A stretch of 64,000 bases of DNA from positions 14,880,001 through 14,944,000 of the forward strand of contig NC_043025.1 in the NCBI RefSeq assembly GCF_006345805.1. Reading direction: 5' to 3'. A program made the translations under genes and the position numbers. This stretch comes from Octopus sinensis (lineage: Eukaryota). Shown one piece after another: positions 13,149 through 26,789 of this stretch. Within the stretch, counting starts at the first letter, position 1. Each line of letters starts with the position of its first letter. The notes below the pieces were generated by a model. That model made no database searches. It saw only the letters and a program-made list of their open reading frames with translations, and was not told where the DNA came from.

Positions 13149-13477
13149 TGATATAGGCACAGTTGTGGATGTGTTGTGGTAAGAACTTTGCTTCTGAACC
13201 ACAAGGTACTGGGTTCAGTCCACTGTGTGGAACTTTGGGCAAATATAAGGTCTTGGGGGTAAATTTGGTTGACAGAAACTGTATATACATATGTGTGTGT
13301 GTGTGCATGCACGAGCGCACACACACACACACTCACTCACACACACACTCACACACACGCACTCACTCACTCACTCACACACACTCACACACTCACACAC
13401 ACACACTCTCACACACACACTCTCACACACACACACTCACACACACACTCACTCACACACATGCACACACACACACA

Positions 13478-14300
13478 GGCGCAAGAGTGTGGCTGTGCGG
13501 TAGGAAGTTTGCTTCTCAGCCGGACGCTTGAGTTGACCATGCTGCTATGTTGTGGCACCTTGAGTTGACCAGAGCCTTGTGAGTGGATTTAGTGGATGGA
13601 AACTGAAGGAAGCCCATTGTGTGCGTGTTTGTGTGACTGTGCTTGTGTCTGCGTTTGTCCCCACCACTTGGAAACTGGTGTTGGTTTGTTTATGTCCCTA
13701 ACTTGGTGGTTTTGCAAAAGAGACTGATAGCCACAGGAGTGGCTGTGTGGTAAGTAGCTTGCTAACCAACCACATGGTTCCGGGTTCAGTCCCACAGCGC
13801 GCCATCTTGGGCAAGAGTCTTCTGCTATAGCCCCGGGCTGACCAATGCCTTGTGAGTGGATTTGGTAGACGGAAACTGAAAGAAGCCTGTCGTATATATA
13901 TATATATTATATATAGGTGCAGGAGTGGCTGTGTAGTAAGTAGCTTGCTTACCAACCACATGGTTCCGGGTTCAGTCCCACTGCGTGGCATCTTGGGCAA
14001 GTGTCTTCTGCTATAGCCCCGGGCCGACAAAAGCCTTGTGAATAGATTTGGTAGATGGAAACTGAAAGAAGACTGTCGTATATATGTATATATATGTGTA
14101 TGTGTTTGTCCCCCTAGCATTGCTTGACAACCGATGCTGGTGTGTTTACATTGCCGTCACTTAGCGGTTCGGCAAAAGAGACCAATAGAATAAGTACTGG
14201 GCTTACAAAGAATAAGTCCTGGGGTCGAGTTGCTTGACTAAAGGCGGTGCTCCAGCATGGCCACAGTCAAATGACAGAAACAAGTAAAAAAAAAAAAAAG
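13478..14300 (+). mobile_element. Nested/tandem SINE A copies
   Basis: Heads at ~13478, ~13733 and ~13916; tail ends at ~14290. Confidence 0.8.
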
Positions 14301-14399
14301 AATGAGCGCCAGTTTTAAGAAGAGAAAAGACTCTTCAAGGTGCTGCCCCAGCTTGGCCACCGTCTAATGACTGAAACAAGTACAAGGATAAAAGATACA

Positions 14400-14590
14400 G
14401 TTGCAAGGTTCAGAGACAACAGTTGGACCCATGCAGTTTCCACGTGGTCCTCAAGGGATCAGAAAAGGCCACTTGGAAAGGTTCCGTGATGGTGTGAAGA
14501 CAACATAGTTAAGTGATATGGGTCAATCAGGACAGAATTGGAAGCGCATTGTGACCAGTGGTGTCTAACAGCATTTGATGGCCTGGTCGA
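14400..14590 (+). pseudogene. Old RTE LINE C-terminal fragment
   Basis: VARFRDNSWTHAVSTWSSRDQKRPLGKVP*W resembles the RTE DxRW..W.P..KRP.GRP..RW motif. Confidence 0.55.
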
Positions 14591-14994
14591 TACTGCCATA
14601 CAGTGATATACACACGTAGGGTAACAAAGAGGTTGTAATCTAAGGTGTGACTTTGTTATAGTTGACCAAAAATTTGTGAATATATACACAATATGTGTAT
14701 ATATATATATATATATAAATTAAATTAGAGATAAAACCACTATTAGGCAAATCAAATAATGAAAACAACTAAAACATAAAAATAAAAATAATTAATATAA
14801 TATACAAAATTATAAAAATAAAATTTAAAATTTAAATTATTTACATTTTAAATTAAAATCATTAATTTATATTTATAAATTTTCATTTTTTTATTTTTTT
14901 TTTATTTTTTAATTAATTAATTATTTTTTTATTTATTTTATTTTTTAAATTAAATCTATCTAATTATCAAAAAGTATTAAAAGTTTAATATAAG

Positions 14995-15167
14995 ATATAT
15001 ATATGTATATAGTATATATAGTATGTGTATATTATATATGTATGTGTATGTATATATATGTATATATATATATATGTATGTTATGTATATATATTATATA
15101 TATATATATGTATTGTATGTATATATATGTATATATATATATATGTATGTGTATGTAGATATGTATG

Positions 15168-15203
<36 letters not shown>

Positions 15204-15221
15204 ATATATATAATATGTATG

Positions 15222-15254
<33 letters not shown>

Positions 15255-15317
15255 AATATATATATATATATATTATTAATGTATATATATATATTATATA
15301 TATATATATATATGTAT

Positions 15318-15350
<33 letters not shown>

Positions 15351-15413
15351 TGTATGTATATATATATATAACTATATATATATTATATATATATAATATA
15401 TGTATGTATATAA

Positions 15414-15457
<44 letters not shown>

Positions 15458-15564
15458 GTATGTATATATATATATGTTATATAGTTTGTTATATATATAT
15501 GTATATATATATATTGTATGTATATATATATATGTATCTATATATATATGTAATGTATATATAT

Positions 15565-15600
<36 letters not shown>

Positions 15601-15674
15601 GTATATATATATAATATAATATATAATATATATATGTTATTGTATTGTATATATATATCATATATATATATTTG

Positions 15675-15718
<44 letters not shown>

Positions 15719-15738
15719 ATATATATATATTATATATA

Positions 15739-15769
<31 letters not shown>

Positions 15770-15803
15770 TCTAATTTGTATGTATATATATAATATATAT
15801 ATA

Positions 15804-15847
<44 letters not shown>

Positions 15848-15883
15848 AATATATATATACTATATATATTATGTATATATATA

Positions 15884-15914
<31 letters not shown>

Positions 15915-15933
15915 TATATATATATATGTGTGT

Positions 15934-15974
<41 letters not shown>

Positions 15975-15997
15975 TTGTATATATATATATATATATA

Positions 15998-16044
<47 letters not shown>

Positions 16045-16489
16045 TATATATCTATATATATATCTATATGTTATATATATTATATGTGTGTATAAATATG
16101 TATATATATATCTGTATGTATGTATATATATGTATGTTGTATATATAATATATGTATGTATATATATGTATGTATGTATATATATGTATGTATGTATATA
16201 TATGTATGTATGTATATATATGTATTATGTATATATATGTATGTATATATATATATATGTATATATATATGTATGTATATATATATATGTATGTATATAT
16301 ATATATGTATGTATAATATATATGTATGTATATATATGTATGTATGTAATATGTGTATGTATGTTATATGTGTATGTATGTATATATGTGTATGTATGTA
16401 ATATGTGTATGTATGTATATATGTGTATGTATTTATATATGTGTATGTATGTATATATGTATATATATATATATGTATATATATATGTG

Positions 16490-16526
<37 letters not shown>

Positions 16527-16822
16527 GTATGGTATATTATGTATGTATGTATATGTATATATTGTATATGTATATATATGTAATGTATATATGTGTATCT
16601 GATATATTGTGTATGTATATATGTGTGTATGTATATGTGTGTTTTGTATGTTATATTGTGTGTATGTATGATGTGTGTGTGTATATATATGTATATGTGT
16701 ATATATATGTATATGCATGTATATGTATATGCATGTATATGTATATGCATGTATATGCATGTATGTATATATGTATGTATGTATATATATATATATATAT
16801 GTATATATATGTATGTATATAT
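14995..16822. repeat. 1.8-kb (TA)n/(TATG)n microsatellite
   Basis: Direct reading. Confidence 0.95.
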
Positions 16823-16878
16823 ATTAAGTATAGGAATGAATGGAGCTGAACGAAGATTTAACAAAATTCCTTTATTTT

Positions 16879-16964
16879 ATTTTCTACATATGTTTCGAAG
16901 TCTGCAAAGTCCCTAATTCCGATTGAATAAGGAGTCCATTTTGCAGCCTTCTCTTCAGGAAAAT
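16879..16964 (-). ncRNA. Type-I hammerhead ribozyme (canonical C3-G8)
   Basis: ATTTTC-CTGAAGA-GAAG.CTGCAAA..TTTGCAG.CTTC-GAAAC-ATAT-GTA-GAAAAT; perfect stem I, palindromic stem III ACAUAUGU. Confidence 0.8.
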
Positions 16965-17107
16965 CCAGGAACTTAATTCTCCAACAAAATGCACAACAAG
17001 CTTTTCGACAAACGCTCATGAGGAGCCCATGAAATTAATTTCATGGGCTCCTCATGACGTTTGTCGAAAAGCTTGTTGTGCATTTTGTTGGAGAATTAAG
17101 TTCCTGG

Positions 17108-17192
17108 ATTTTCTGAAGAGAAGGGCTGCAAAATGGACTCCTTATTCAATCGGAATTAGGACTTTGCAGACTTCGAAACATATGTCGAAAAT
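17108..17192 (+). ncRNA. Type-I hammerhead ribozyme (second palindrome arm, GUC site)
   Basis: CTGAAGA 17113-17119, GAAAC 17175-17179, GTC 17184-17186; stem I lacks one C. Confidence 0.7.
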
Positions 17193-17642
17193 AAAACGGA
17201 ATTTTGTTAAATCTTCGTTCAGCTCCATTCATTCCTATACTTAATATATAAAACTTCAAATTTCCGCACTAAGGCACGGATTTTATGCCCCCATGGTCGT
17301 AACTTCAACCGTGCTCTTTCTGTTGTGATTTTTGCTACCCAGGTATCGGTTATCATTTGAATTATCCGTAATAAGATAATTCATTTATCTACTTCATAAT
17401 TATATATGTATATATAATAATGTATGTATATATATATTGTATGTAATATATATATGTATATATATGTATGTATATATATATATGTATGTATATATATACA
17501 TGTATGTATATATATATACATGTATGTATATATGTATGTATATATGTATGTATATATATATATATATAATATATCTATATATATATGTATGTATATATGT
17601 ATGTATATATATATGTATGTATAATTACACACACACACACAT

Positions 17643-17965
17643 TATCATCATCATTCAACTTCCACTTTCCATGCTGGCATGGGTTGGATGGTTTGACTGA
17701 AACCTGGAAAGCTGGGGAGCTGCACCAGGTTCCAATCTAATTTGGTACGGTTTCTACAGCTGGATGTCTTTCCTAATGCCAACCACTCCAAGAGTGTAGT
17801 GAGTGCTCTTTAATGTGTCACTGGCACAGGTGCCAGTTACGTAACGCCAGCACCACCCACGACCCGGATCTCACTTGGCTTCACAGGTCTTCTCAAGCAT
17901 TGTATATTGCCAAAGGTCTCGGTCACTTGTCACTGTCTCTGTGAGGCCCAATGTTCAAAGGGTGC
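17643..17965 (-). mobile_element. RTE LINE 3' fragment (older copy)
   Basis: Tail homology plus ORF-end remnant matching 18820-18900. Confidence 0.7.
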
Positions 17966-18234
17966 CATACACACACACACACATATTTATCAATTCGTTT
18001 TGGAAGATTCCTGATGTGAAACTGTGTGTTGAAACAGATATTGTTGTATTTCAGGATGACCATTTTTTTGTTTTTCTTTTCTGCAAATAAACACTTCTAA
18101 GGAAACTGATCTTAGAAGAACAGAATGGAGTAAGTGGAGAAAGATGAAAATGAAAAGTGTTGCTGAAGAGGTCACAGATGTGTATGAAAGATTTCCAGGC
18201 AATGGACAAGAGTTCAAATAAGAACAGTAATAAA

Positions 18235-19345
18235 CATCATCATCGTTTAACGTCCGCTTTCCATGCTAGCATGGGTTGGACGATTTGACTGAGGACTGGC
18301 AAACCAGATGGCTGCACCAGGCTCCAATCTGATCTGGCAGAGTTTCTACTGCTTGATGCCCTTCCTAACGCCAACCACTCTGAGAGTGTAGTGGGTACTT
18401 TAATGTGCCACCGGCATGAGGGCCAGTCAGGCGGTACTTTTAACGTGTCACCTGCACAGGGGGTACTTTTTATGTGCCACCTGCACAGGAGCCAGTCCAG
18501 TGGCACTGGCAACGACCTCGCTTGAATGTTTTTTCATGTGCCCCCAGCACAAGTGCTAGTAAAATGACGCAGGTAACGATCATGCTTGAATGGTGTTTTT
18601 AACTTGCCATCAGAATGGAGGCCAGCTTGTTGCTCTGGCAACGATCTCACTCGTATGGTACTCTTAGCGCTCAACTAGCAATGGATGCCAGTCACCAAAT
18701 TTGTTGCCTCAACAGGTCTTCACAAACAGAGTTTAGTGTCCAGTGAAGGAAAGGCAGACATAAGTGGGCTGGGTACACCCCTGGCATAGGCCACAAGGTT
18801 ATGGTTTCACTTGCGCTTGCCAAGTCTTCTCAAGCACAGCATATTTCCAGAGGTCCCGGTCACTAGGCATGGCCTCGGTGAGGCCCAATGTTCGAAGGTC
18901 ATGCTTCACCACCTCATCCAAGGTCTTCCTGGATCTACCTCTTCCACAGGTTCCCTCAACCGCTAGGGTGTGGCACTTTTTCACACAGCTATCCACATCC
19001 ATTCTCACCACATGGCTATACCAGCGCTGTCGTCTCTTTTGCACACCACATCCGATGCTTCTTAGGTCCAACTTTTCTTTCAAGGTACTAACACTCTGTC
19101 GAGTATGCACACTGACATTACACATCCATCAGAGCATGCTGGCTTTATTCCTTGCGAGCTTACGCATGTCCTCAGCTGTCATAGCCCATGTTTCACTACC
19201 ATGTAGCATGGCTGTTCGTACACATACGTCGTACAGTCTACCTTTTGTTCTGAGCAAGAGGCCCTTTGTCACCAGCAGAGGTAAGAGCTCTCTGAACTTA
19301 GCCCAGGCTATTCTTATTCTAGCAGCTACACTTTCAGTGCACCCA
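18235..19345 (-). mobile_element. 5'-truncated RTE LINE: ORF C-terminus, 3'UTR and (GAT)n tail
   Basis: RIRIAWAKFRELLPLL..KGRLYDVCVRTAMLHGSETW..RWYSHVVRM..GRGRSRKT..DRDLWK; in-frame stop at ~19129. Confidence 0.9.
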
Positions 19346-19389
19346 AAAACATATATGGGGGGAAAAAAAAAGACCATCCCAAAATACAA

Positions 19390-19528
19390 TATAGCAGTGC
19401 TACATGTAGCTTAAATTCTGATTATTAAGCATAAAATACAAAATATCTTATGTTTTTGTAGATTAGGTAGGCATAATTCTCCCCTGCCTTTCAATCTCAG
19501 TATTTAAGCTACATGTAGCACTGCTGTA
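19390..19528. mobile_element. MITE with ~30-bp TIRs (Tc1/mariner-like, TA-flanked)
   Basis: tatagcagtgctacatgtagcttaaattctga ... tcagtatttaagctacatgtagcactgctgta. Confidence 0.65.
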
Positions 19529-20294
19529 GTACACATGCTGCGTACACTCCTACAACAACATTTTCTTTACACACTATAAAGGCAAAAGTAAATCTGCCAT
19601 CAACTCAGTCACACATCCGTGTTTTGCTTATTTTTTTGTGTTTTACTACATAAAGGTCACCAACTACTGATCCTGAGTAATATCTGATGGCTCGTGCCAG
19701 ATATATATATATATATACACATTAAATCATTTTTTAAGTAAACTAAAGCTTCTCCAGCAAATCTACATCAGAAATTTTCCGATTTTTGTAAATTGCACCT
19801 AAAATTTATTTCTCTTCCTCTTTGTATCCTTTTCTCCACAGTTATCTTAAAAAGAAAAGGGCCATGTATCCCATCAAAGTCCTTCTCCAGGTGAACAAAT
19901 GGCCGATAGGGGGGCTGGCCCTTTCTTAAATTCTACTGTAGTTGTCTCATTAGTAAAAAGGCCATCAATGCAACCCTGACTGCATTTTAATTAATTCTCT
20001 CTTTAATTAGTGCTGCAGGAACTCTTTCGGTTGCTTTCATAAATTATCAGAGATCAACATTGTTGTAACAACAACAACAACAGCAGCAGCAGCAGAAAAG
20101 GTGACAACAATGGTGATAATTACAGCAATATTAAGATATATCTTTGTTAAGACATGTCTTTATTAAGACATATATTTACTAAGAAGAGGAGCCATTAACA
20201 GCATTTCATATAGCTAAAACCTGTCCTTTTAGCGAACCACATCTCGCTAATGAACTAATTATTGGCAATGAAGTAGGTGTGTATACTATGCTTG

Positions 20295-20297
20295 CAC

Positions 20298-20328
<31 letters not shown>

Positions 20329-20485
20329 CATATATGTATGTATATGTATGTACATATACATAGGTATATATACATATAGGTAGGTATATATGCATATACG
20401 TATGTATATATACATATACGTATGTATATATACATATATATATACATACACATATATATATATATACACATATATACATATACAT

Positions 20486-20536
<51 letters not shown>

Positions 20537-20570
20537 TACATATACATACACACACACACACAACACACCC

Positions 20571-20610
<40 letters not shown>

Positions 20611-21130
20611 TACATATACATACACACACACATATATATACACATATATACATATACATACATACATACATATATATAATACACTATATACATATACATA
20701 CATACATACATATATATATATATACACATATATACATATACATACATACATATATATATATACATATATATATACACATATATATACACATATATATATT
20801 ATATATATACATATATATATACACATATTATATAGATATAACATATATATATACACATATATAACATATACATACATATATATATATATATATATACCTA
20901 TATAATAAATCTACAACATATATATATACACATATATACATCTACATACATATATATATATATGTATATATCTATACAATATACATATATATACATATAT
21001 ATATACATACATATATATATATCTATATATATAGATACATATATCAAATATATATCATATATATATACATATATATATCTATATTAAGTACATATATACA
21101 TATAGCTACATATATATAGATCATATATCT
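20295..21130. repeat. (TA)n/(CATA)n microsatellite
   Basis: Direct reading. Confidence 0.95.
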
Positions 21131-21937
21131 CTACCAACAGCACCTACTACACCCATACTGTTTAGAATGGCTGAGTGTATATAGAAATATACGTATATAT
21201 ATGTATATATATATATATATATAATAAACATACAAGTGGTGAGAGAGAGAGAGAGAGAGAGAGAACATACAATGCAGAAAAACCTCCACGCATCTTTCCG
21301 TCTACCTATCTTTCTCTCAATGTATATCTTACTATCTGTGTGTGTGTGTGTGTGTGTGCATGTGGATGCATAAGCTCACCCACCCACACACCCGTAATGA
21401 GCAAAGAGCATCAAATAACCAACACAACTAAATCACCTACAGTAATGACCAACTTTTCTCTAACAATGGACTTCATTTAATAGTATCTGTCTGTGTGTCT
21501 CTTTGTGTATCAAACACTGCTCTCCCCCCTCACGCCCCTCCCCCCGTGCAAGGTTTTCATTTATGGAAATTCTATCAACCCCCCCACCAACCTTCTCCCT
21601 CTCTTTTTTAACCACCACCACCACCATCATCATCACCATGAATACACTTGGATAAAATATCTCAGTGTGTGGGTGTCTGTACACACACACACACCACACA
21701 CACACCACACACATATATAACTAGGTACAGGTGTGGCTGTGTGGTAAGAAGTTTGCTTCCAAATCACATGATTCTGGGTTCAAGTCCTACTGCATCGCAT
21801 CTTGGACAAGTATCTCCTACAATAACCCAAGTAACTAAACCCTTGTGAGTAGATTTGGTAGACGGAAACTGAAAGAAGCCCATCAAATTATATATAATAG
21901 ATTGATAGATAGAGAGAGATTGATATATGGATATATA

Positions 21938-22285
21938 CTCTACTCTTTTACTTGTTTCAGTCATTTGACTGCGGCCATGCTGGAGCACCACCTTTAATTG
22001 AGCAACTCAATCCCCGGGACTTATTCTTTTGTTAGCCCAGTACTTATTCTATCAGTCTCTTTTGCCGAACCGCTAAGTAACGGGGACATAAACACACCAA
22101 CATCGGTTGTCAAGCAATGCTAGGGGGACAAACACACACACACACATATATATATATACATATATACGACAGGCTTCTTTCAGTTTCCATCTCCCAAAGA
22201 CACTTGTCCAAGGTGCCACGCAGTGGGACTGAACCCAGAACCATGTGGTTGGTAAACAAGCTACTTACTACACAGCCACTCCTAT
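21938..22285 (-). mobile_element. SINE A with internal deletion
   Basis: Family A tail and head; middle of the head region missing. Confidence 0.8.
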
Positions 22286-23104
22286 GCGATATATATATAT
22301 ATATGTGTACATATTTAAGAGAAAGATCTAAGGATCAAAGTGTAGGAAGCTAGTAAGCTTCAAGCAGTCCATAGTAGAAGGCTATAAAAAACAACTTTAA
22401 GGGACAATAGGGGTTTATTTATGCAGAAGGTTGTAAATGTTTTCCAAAATTAGGGAACAGAAGAGATAAAATCCAGACGTCATATGTTTCATCACCAGCA
22501 GAGCCTCACAAATAGTAATTACCCTAACGAGGGGTACTCCACTAGCTACTGATAAGGGTGAATATACCTTAGTTAAATGAAGGTTACATTGTTGTCAAGA
22601 TATCTCAAGTTAACATGCAAGAGAATAAGGTTCTGCTAGCTGGGAAATGAGATTAGATTTATCAAGAATAAAACATAGACTTAGATTTGTCTTGGGCCAC
22701 AGGAATCATAAGGTTGGAGTTTAACCCTGGTCCCCATCATATGTAAGTGGTTGAAATGACAACTCTCTCTTCGGAAAGGGATACCAGTCTCTTCTTCCAG
22801 GGTTAATTTCCCGGCTATTATTGGAACACATTTACAGCTGAGTGGACTGGAGCAAAATGTAATGAAATCTTTTGCTCAAGAAAACAACACATCATCTGAC
22901 CCAGGGATTGAAACCACAATCTTACAATTGAAAATGCAACACACCAGCCGTGAGCTGATGCACTTTCATTATATCTAAACTGTAATGGACAAATCTGTGC
23001 ATTAAATACTTTGGAGTATGTAACTTTAACTAATAGAAAGCAAACTTTAACTATTAGAAAACCCTCGCTCTAGAAAATTCTTTAAAATTCCCGTTTTAAC
23101 GTTT

Positions 23105-23375
23105 AATCATCATTTAACGTCTGCTTTCCATGTTAGCATGGGTTGGACGAATGACTGAGGGCTGGCGAACCAGATGGCTGCACCAGGCTTCAATCTTGAT
23201 CTGGTAGAGTTTCTACAGCTGGATGCCCTTCCTAACGCCAACCACTCCGAGAGTGTAGTGGGTGCTTTTTACATGCCACCGGAACGGGGCCAGTCAGGCA
23301 GTACTGGCAACGACCTCGCTCAAATCTTTTACACATGTCACTGGCACAGGTGCCAGTAAGGCGATGCTGGTAACG
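23105..23375 (-). mobile_element. RTE 3' end copy
   Basis: catcatttaacgtc..ggatgcccttcctaacgccaaccactcc. Confidence 0.75.
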
Positions 23376-24135
23376 TTCAGTAAGGCAACGTATTTTAATT
23401 ATAATGTGGTTTTCAAGAGCCTTTTATTATTGAAGATTTCACCTTCCCAATTCCGTCTTAATTCACTGCGAGACATACATGTGAGGACAGTATTTCTTAA
23501 TGTCTCTGTCCATCCGTCAGCAGCAAACCCACAGAACGGTACCCCAGCACCATAACTTTGTTTCCTCATAGCTGCATGCTACAAACACGAATATTTTCAG
23601 ATAAAATTCATTACAAATTCTTTTCAGTTGGAGTAGATTACAATTGCATCTGAATTTGTTGTGAAAAAAGTTTTGAAGGAGGGTGAAGAGAGGAGTTTCA
23701 GATAAATCGCCAGAGCTGTGAATAAAAATAGGGAAACAAAATACTTTGAGAGAAAAACCCCACCCTTTTTTTTTTTTTTTTGTTTAAGCTAATTTCAATA
23801 ACGGAAACCCCATCTGTGTCATAAACAGATTTACTGTAGACACAATAAACATATGGTCCTGTGATATTGGACTGGGGTGGAACAGTACCCCAGTATCTAC
23901 TTGAAACTCTTATAAAGGCAGTCTACTAAAAATAGCAGCCCTTTATATTCTTAAGGTAGTGATATACAAAAAAAAAAGATAATTTTTAATCTATCATACA
24001 GACAAAGAGATGACTGTGTGGGAAAGAAAGTAATTTTGCAATCACATGGCTTCAAGTTCAGTCCCACTACATGGCACCTTGGGAAAGTATACATACATAC
24101 ATACATATATATATATTTATATATATCTGTATATG

Positions 24136-24167
<32 letters not shown>

Positions 24168-24169
24168 CA

Positions 24170-24640
24170 ACTAATGTAGGATAAAATTTTTTTCGGAAAA
24201 AATTTTTTTATCAAAGGCCAGCATATCAAAAAGTGCCTTTAAAGGTTAAATTTATAAATACCATATAAAATAAGGCCAAAAGAAAAATTCTAATGCTAAA
24301 TATGCTGAAAAAAACAAAACTGTCAATAACCATTATAATTTATGCGTCTCGAAGCAAGCCAATAGAAATTTCTAAAAAATCCATTATTACCGTATTGGTC
24401 CCAATTTCGGGGTTAATTTATAAGAATTTTCCCCTCCACAGTGATGAAGTCTTACGTATTTATCGCTGAGGAGGGGAAAATTCTTATGAATTAACCCTGA
24501 AATTGGGACCAATACAGTAATAACGGATTTTTTAGAAATTTCTATTCGCTTGTTTCGAGACGCATAAATTATAATGGTTATTAACAGTTTTGTTTTTTTT
24601 CGGCATATTTGGCATTAGAATTTTTCTTTTGCCCTTATCT
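24170..24640. mobile_element. Penelope-like inverted-repeat element (arms ~24270-24446 and ~24459-24638) with one-sided extension
   Basis: ~175-bp inverted arms, TA-flanked, hammerhead motif; single-arm relative at 62830-63015. Confidence 0.65.
24460..24520 (+). ncRNA. Type-I hammerhead ribozyme (C3-G8, AUA site)
   Basis: TTATCG-CTGAGGA-GGGG..CCCT-GAAA-TTGG-GA-CCAA-TA-CAGTAA (the other arm has CGGTAA). Confidence 0.65.
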
Positions 24641-24685
24641 TGTAAATTATTTATATATATATATATACACATACACACACATATA

Positions 24686-25125
24686 TACTTATGAGTAGCA
24701 TAAGACACTTGAGGAGCAGATTAACCTTAGAAAAAGTCAGGAGATGCGCGGGGAGGTGAATATATATATATTCATACCAACATATACAAAAAACACAAGT
24801 GGCTAGTGTATTTGCCACTTGGATGTGATGTGGTGTGGATGAAGATTACTCTCTGAAGGCGACAGGTGCTAAAACACCTGAACGTCATCTTTTAACACTT
24901 GGTGCTTTGTGATAGCATTCTCCTGACTTTTTTTAAGGTTTATCTGCTCCTCATGAAATAATGTTTCTCATAGATTGCATCTTCGGCATTTCAGTTGCAT
25001 GGACACTTCATATTGCACTTCTCCGTATTGGATTACTATGTAGTTTGCTAGCCGAGTCTGGTAGAGAGGCTTTCTGTGATAGACACATGGTCCCCTGACA
25101 CAGTGTGTTATGCTACTCATAAGTA
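24686..25125. mobile_element. TA-flanked element with two nested inverted-repeat pairs
   Basis: 24686-24709 vs 25102-25125 and 24710-24744 vs 24919-24953. Confidence 0.55.
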
Positions 25126-25570
25126 TATATGTGTGTATGTGTTTATATATATGTATAATTATATATATATGTATGTATGTATGTGTACACACATATGTAT
25201 TTGTAAGCCAAATTGCAGTTTCCTAGCAACAACATGTAGCATGTATGTTACGTGTATGTGTTTGATAATGTTTATTACAATACTGCTGTTTCTTTTTACT
25301 ATTTAAATCTATTCATCTGTATTCATTTAACCACATGACATCCTTTGGGTTACAGCTGTTTCGCAACATTTCTTCATATAATTTGAGGGTGGAAGAAATC
25401 GTGCTTACATGTTTGCATGAATATGAATGCTTGTGATATCCTAATGATATCACATGCTTAAATAGATGCATATTCACCTCTCGTTTGAACTCAGAATGTA
25501 AAGATGGACAAACTGCTCTTAGCAATTTGTCCCAAGACCAACAATTCTGTCAGCTTGCTGCCTTATATGT

Positions 25571-25603
<33 letters not shown>

Positions 25604-25764
25604 GGGTTCTTCCATTTTCCATCTACCAAATCCACTCACAAGACTGTAGTAGAAGACGCCTGCCCAAGGTGCCACACGGTGGAACTGAACCCAGAACTAC
25701 GTGGTTGTGTATGTATGTGTGTGTGTGTGTGCATGTGTGTGTATACATATGTATATATATATAT

Positions 25765-25980
25765 AAAGTTAATCAAAACAAGAAAGCACAAAAAAAACAC
25801 AACAACGCGAGGACGTGGAACAAATATAGTATTATTGGATGCTCAGGAAAGAAGGAAAGAAGGAGGGCTTAATGTTTCGAGTGGAGCTCTTTGTCGGAAA
25901 CATAGGAGAAGGAAAGATCCAGAGAAGGGAAGACAGAGGAAAAAAAATCGCCAACGGTACACACGAGGTCACATTTGAAA
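25765..25980 (-). mobile_element. Penelope-like pseudo-LTR remnant with decayed hammerhead
   Basis: TA-flanked; minus strand ttt-CCGACAA-AGAG-ctcca-CTC-GAAAC-ATT-aag. Confidence 0.45.
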
Positions 25981-25992
25981 CATATGTATATA

Positions 25993-26046
<54 letters not shown>

Positions 26047-26440
26047 TATATATTATTATATATATATGTGTGTGTGTGTGTATGTAAGTGTATAATGAAA
26101 AAAACTGAGTGGTTGGGATAATGTTTTGAAAGAGAGAGAGATGAGGATTGGATGGGTGGAGCTGATAGGCCAGTTAAGTGATTGCTTTGTTTCTATGGTA
26201 ACGCTATCTTCATGATGGAAAGTTTCTCACATCTGGAAATGATGGCTAACGAAAACAACAACAACAATAACAGAAACATCAATAGCAACAGCGACAAAAA
26301 CCTGTACGATGTGTGTGTATATATATATCTGTATATATATATATATGTGTGTGTGTATGTATCTATGACTTATGTATGTATATATATAATATGTGTGTAC
26401 ATATATATATACACATACATACATTTATATAAATACATAC

Positions 26441-26472
<32 letters not shown>

Positions 26473-26688
26473 ACATACATTTATATAAATACATACATAT
26501 ATGTATATATATATATATATATACACACATACATACATTTATATACATATATATATATACACACATACATATGCATACATGCATAACTTATATACATATA
26601 TATACATACACATATATACACATACATATATGAGTTTATGTATGCATGTGTATATGTAAATATATATATGTGCATGTATATGTGTGTG

Positions 26689-26720
<32 letters not shown>

Positions 26721-26789
26721 TATATATGTACGCCCATATGTATATATGTATGTGTGTGTGTGTGTGTATATATATGTGTACGTTTGTAT

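Larger units (their letters stand above)
16820..17400. mobile_element. Penelope-like inverted pseudo-LTR: ~430-bp spacerless palindrome plus ~150-bp one-sided extension
   Basis: Arms 16820-17036 and 17037-17250 centred on catgaaatt|aatttcatg; hammerhead in each arm; embedded in TA tracts. Confidence 0.7.
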
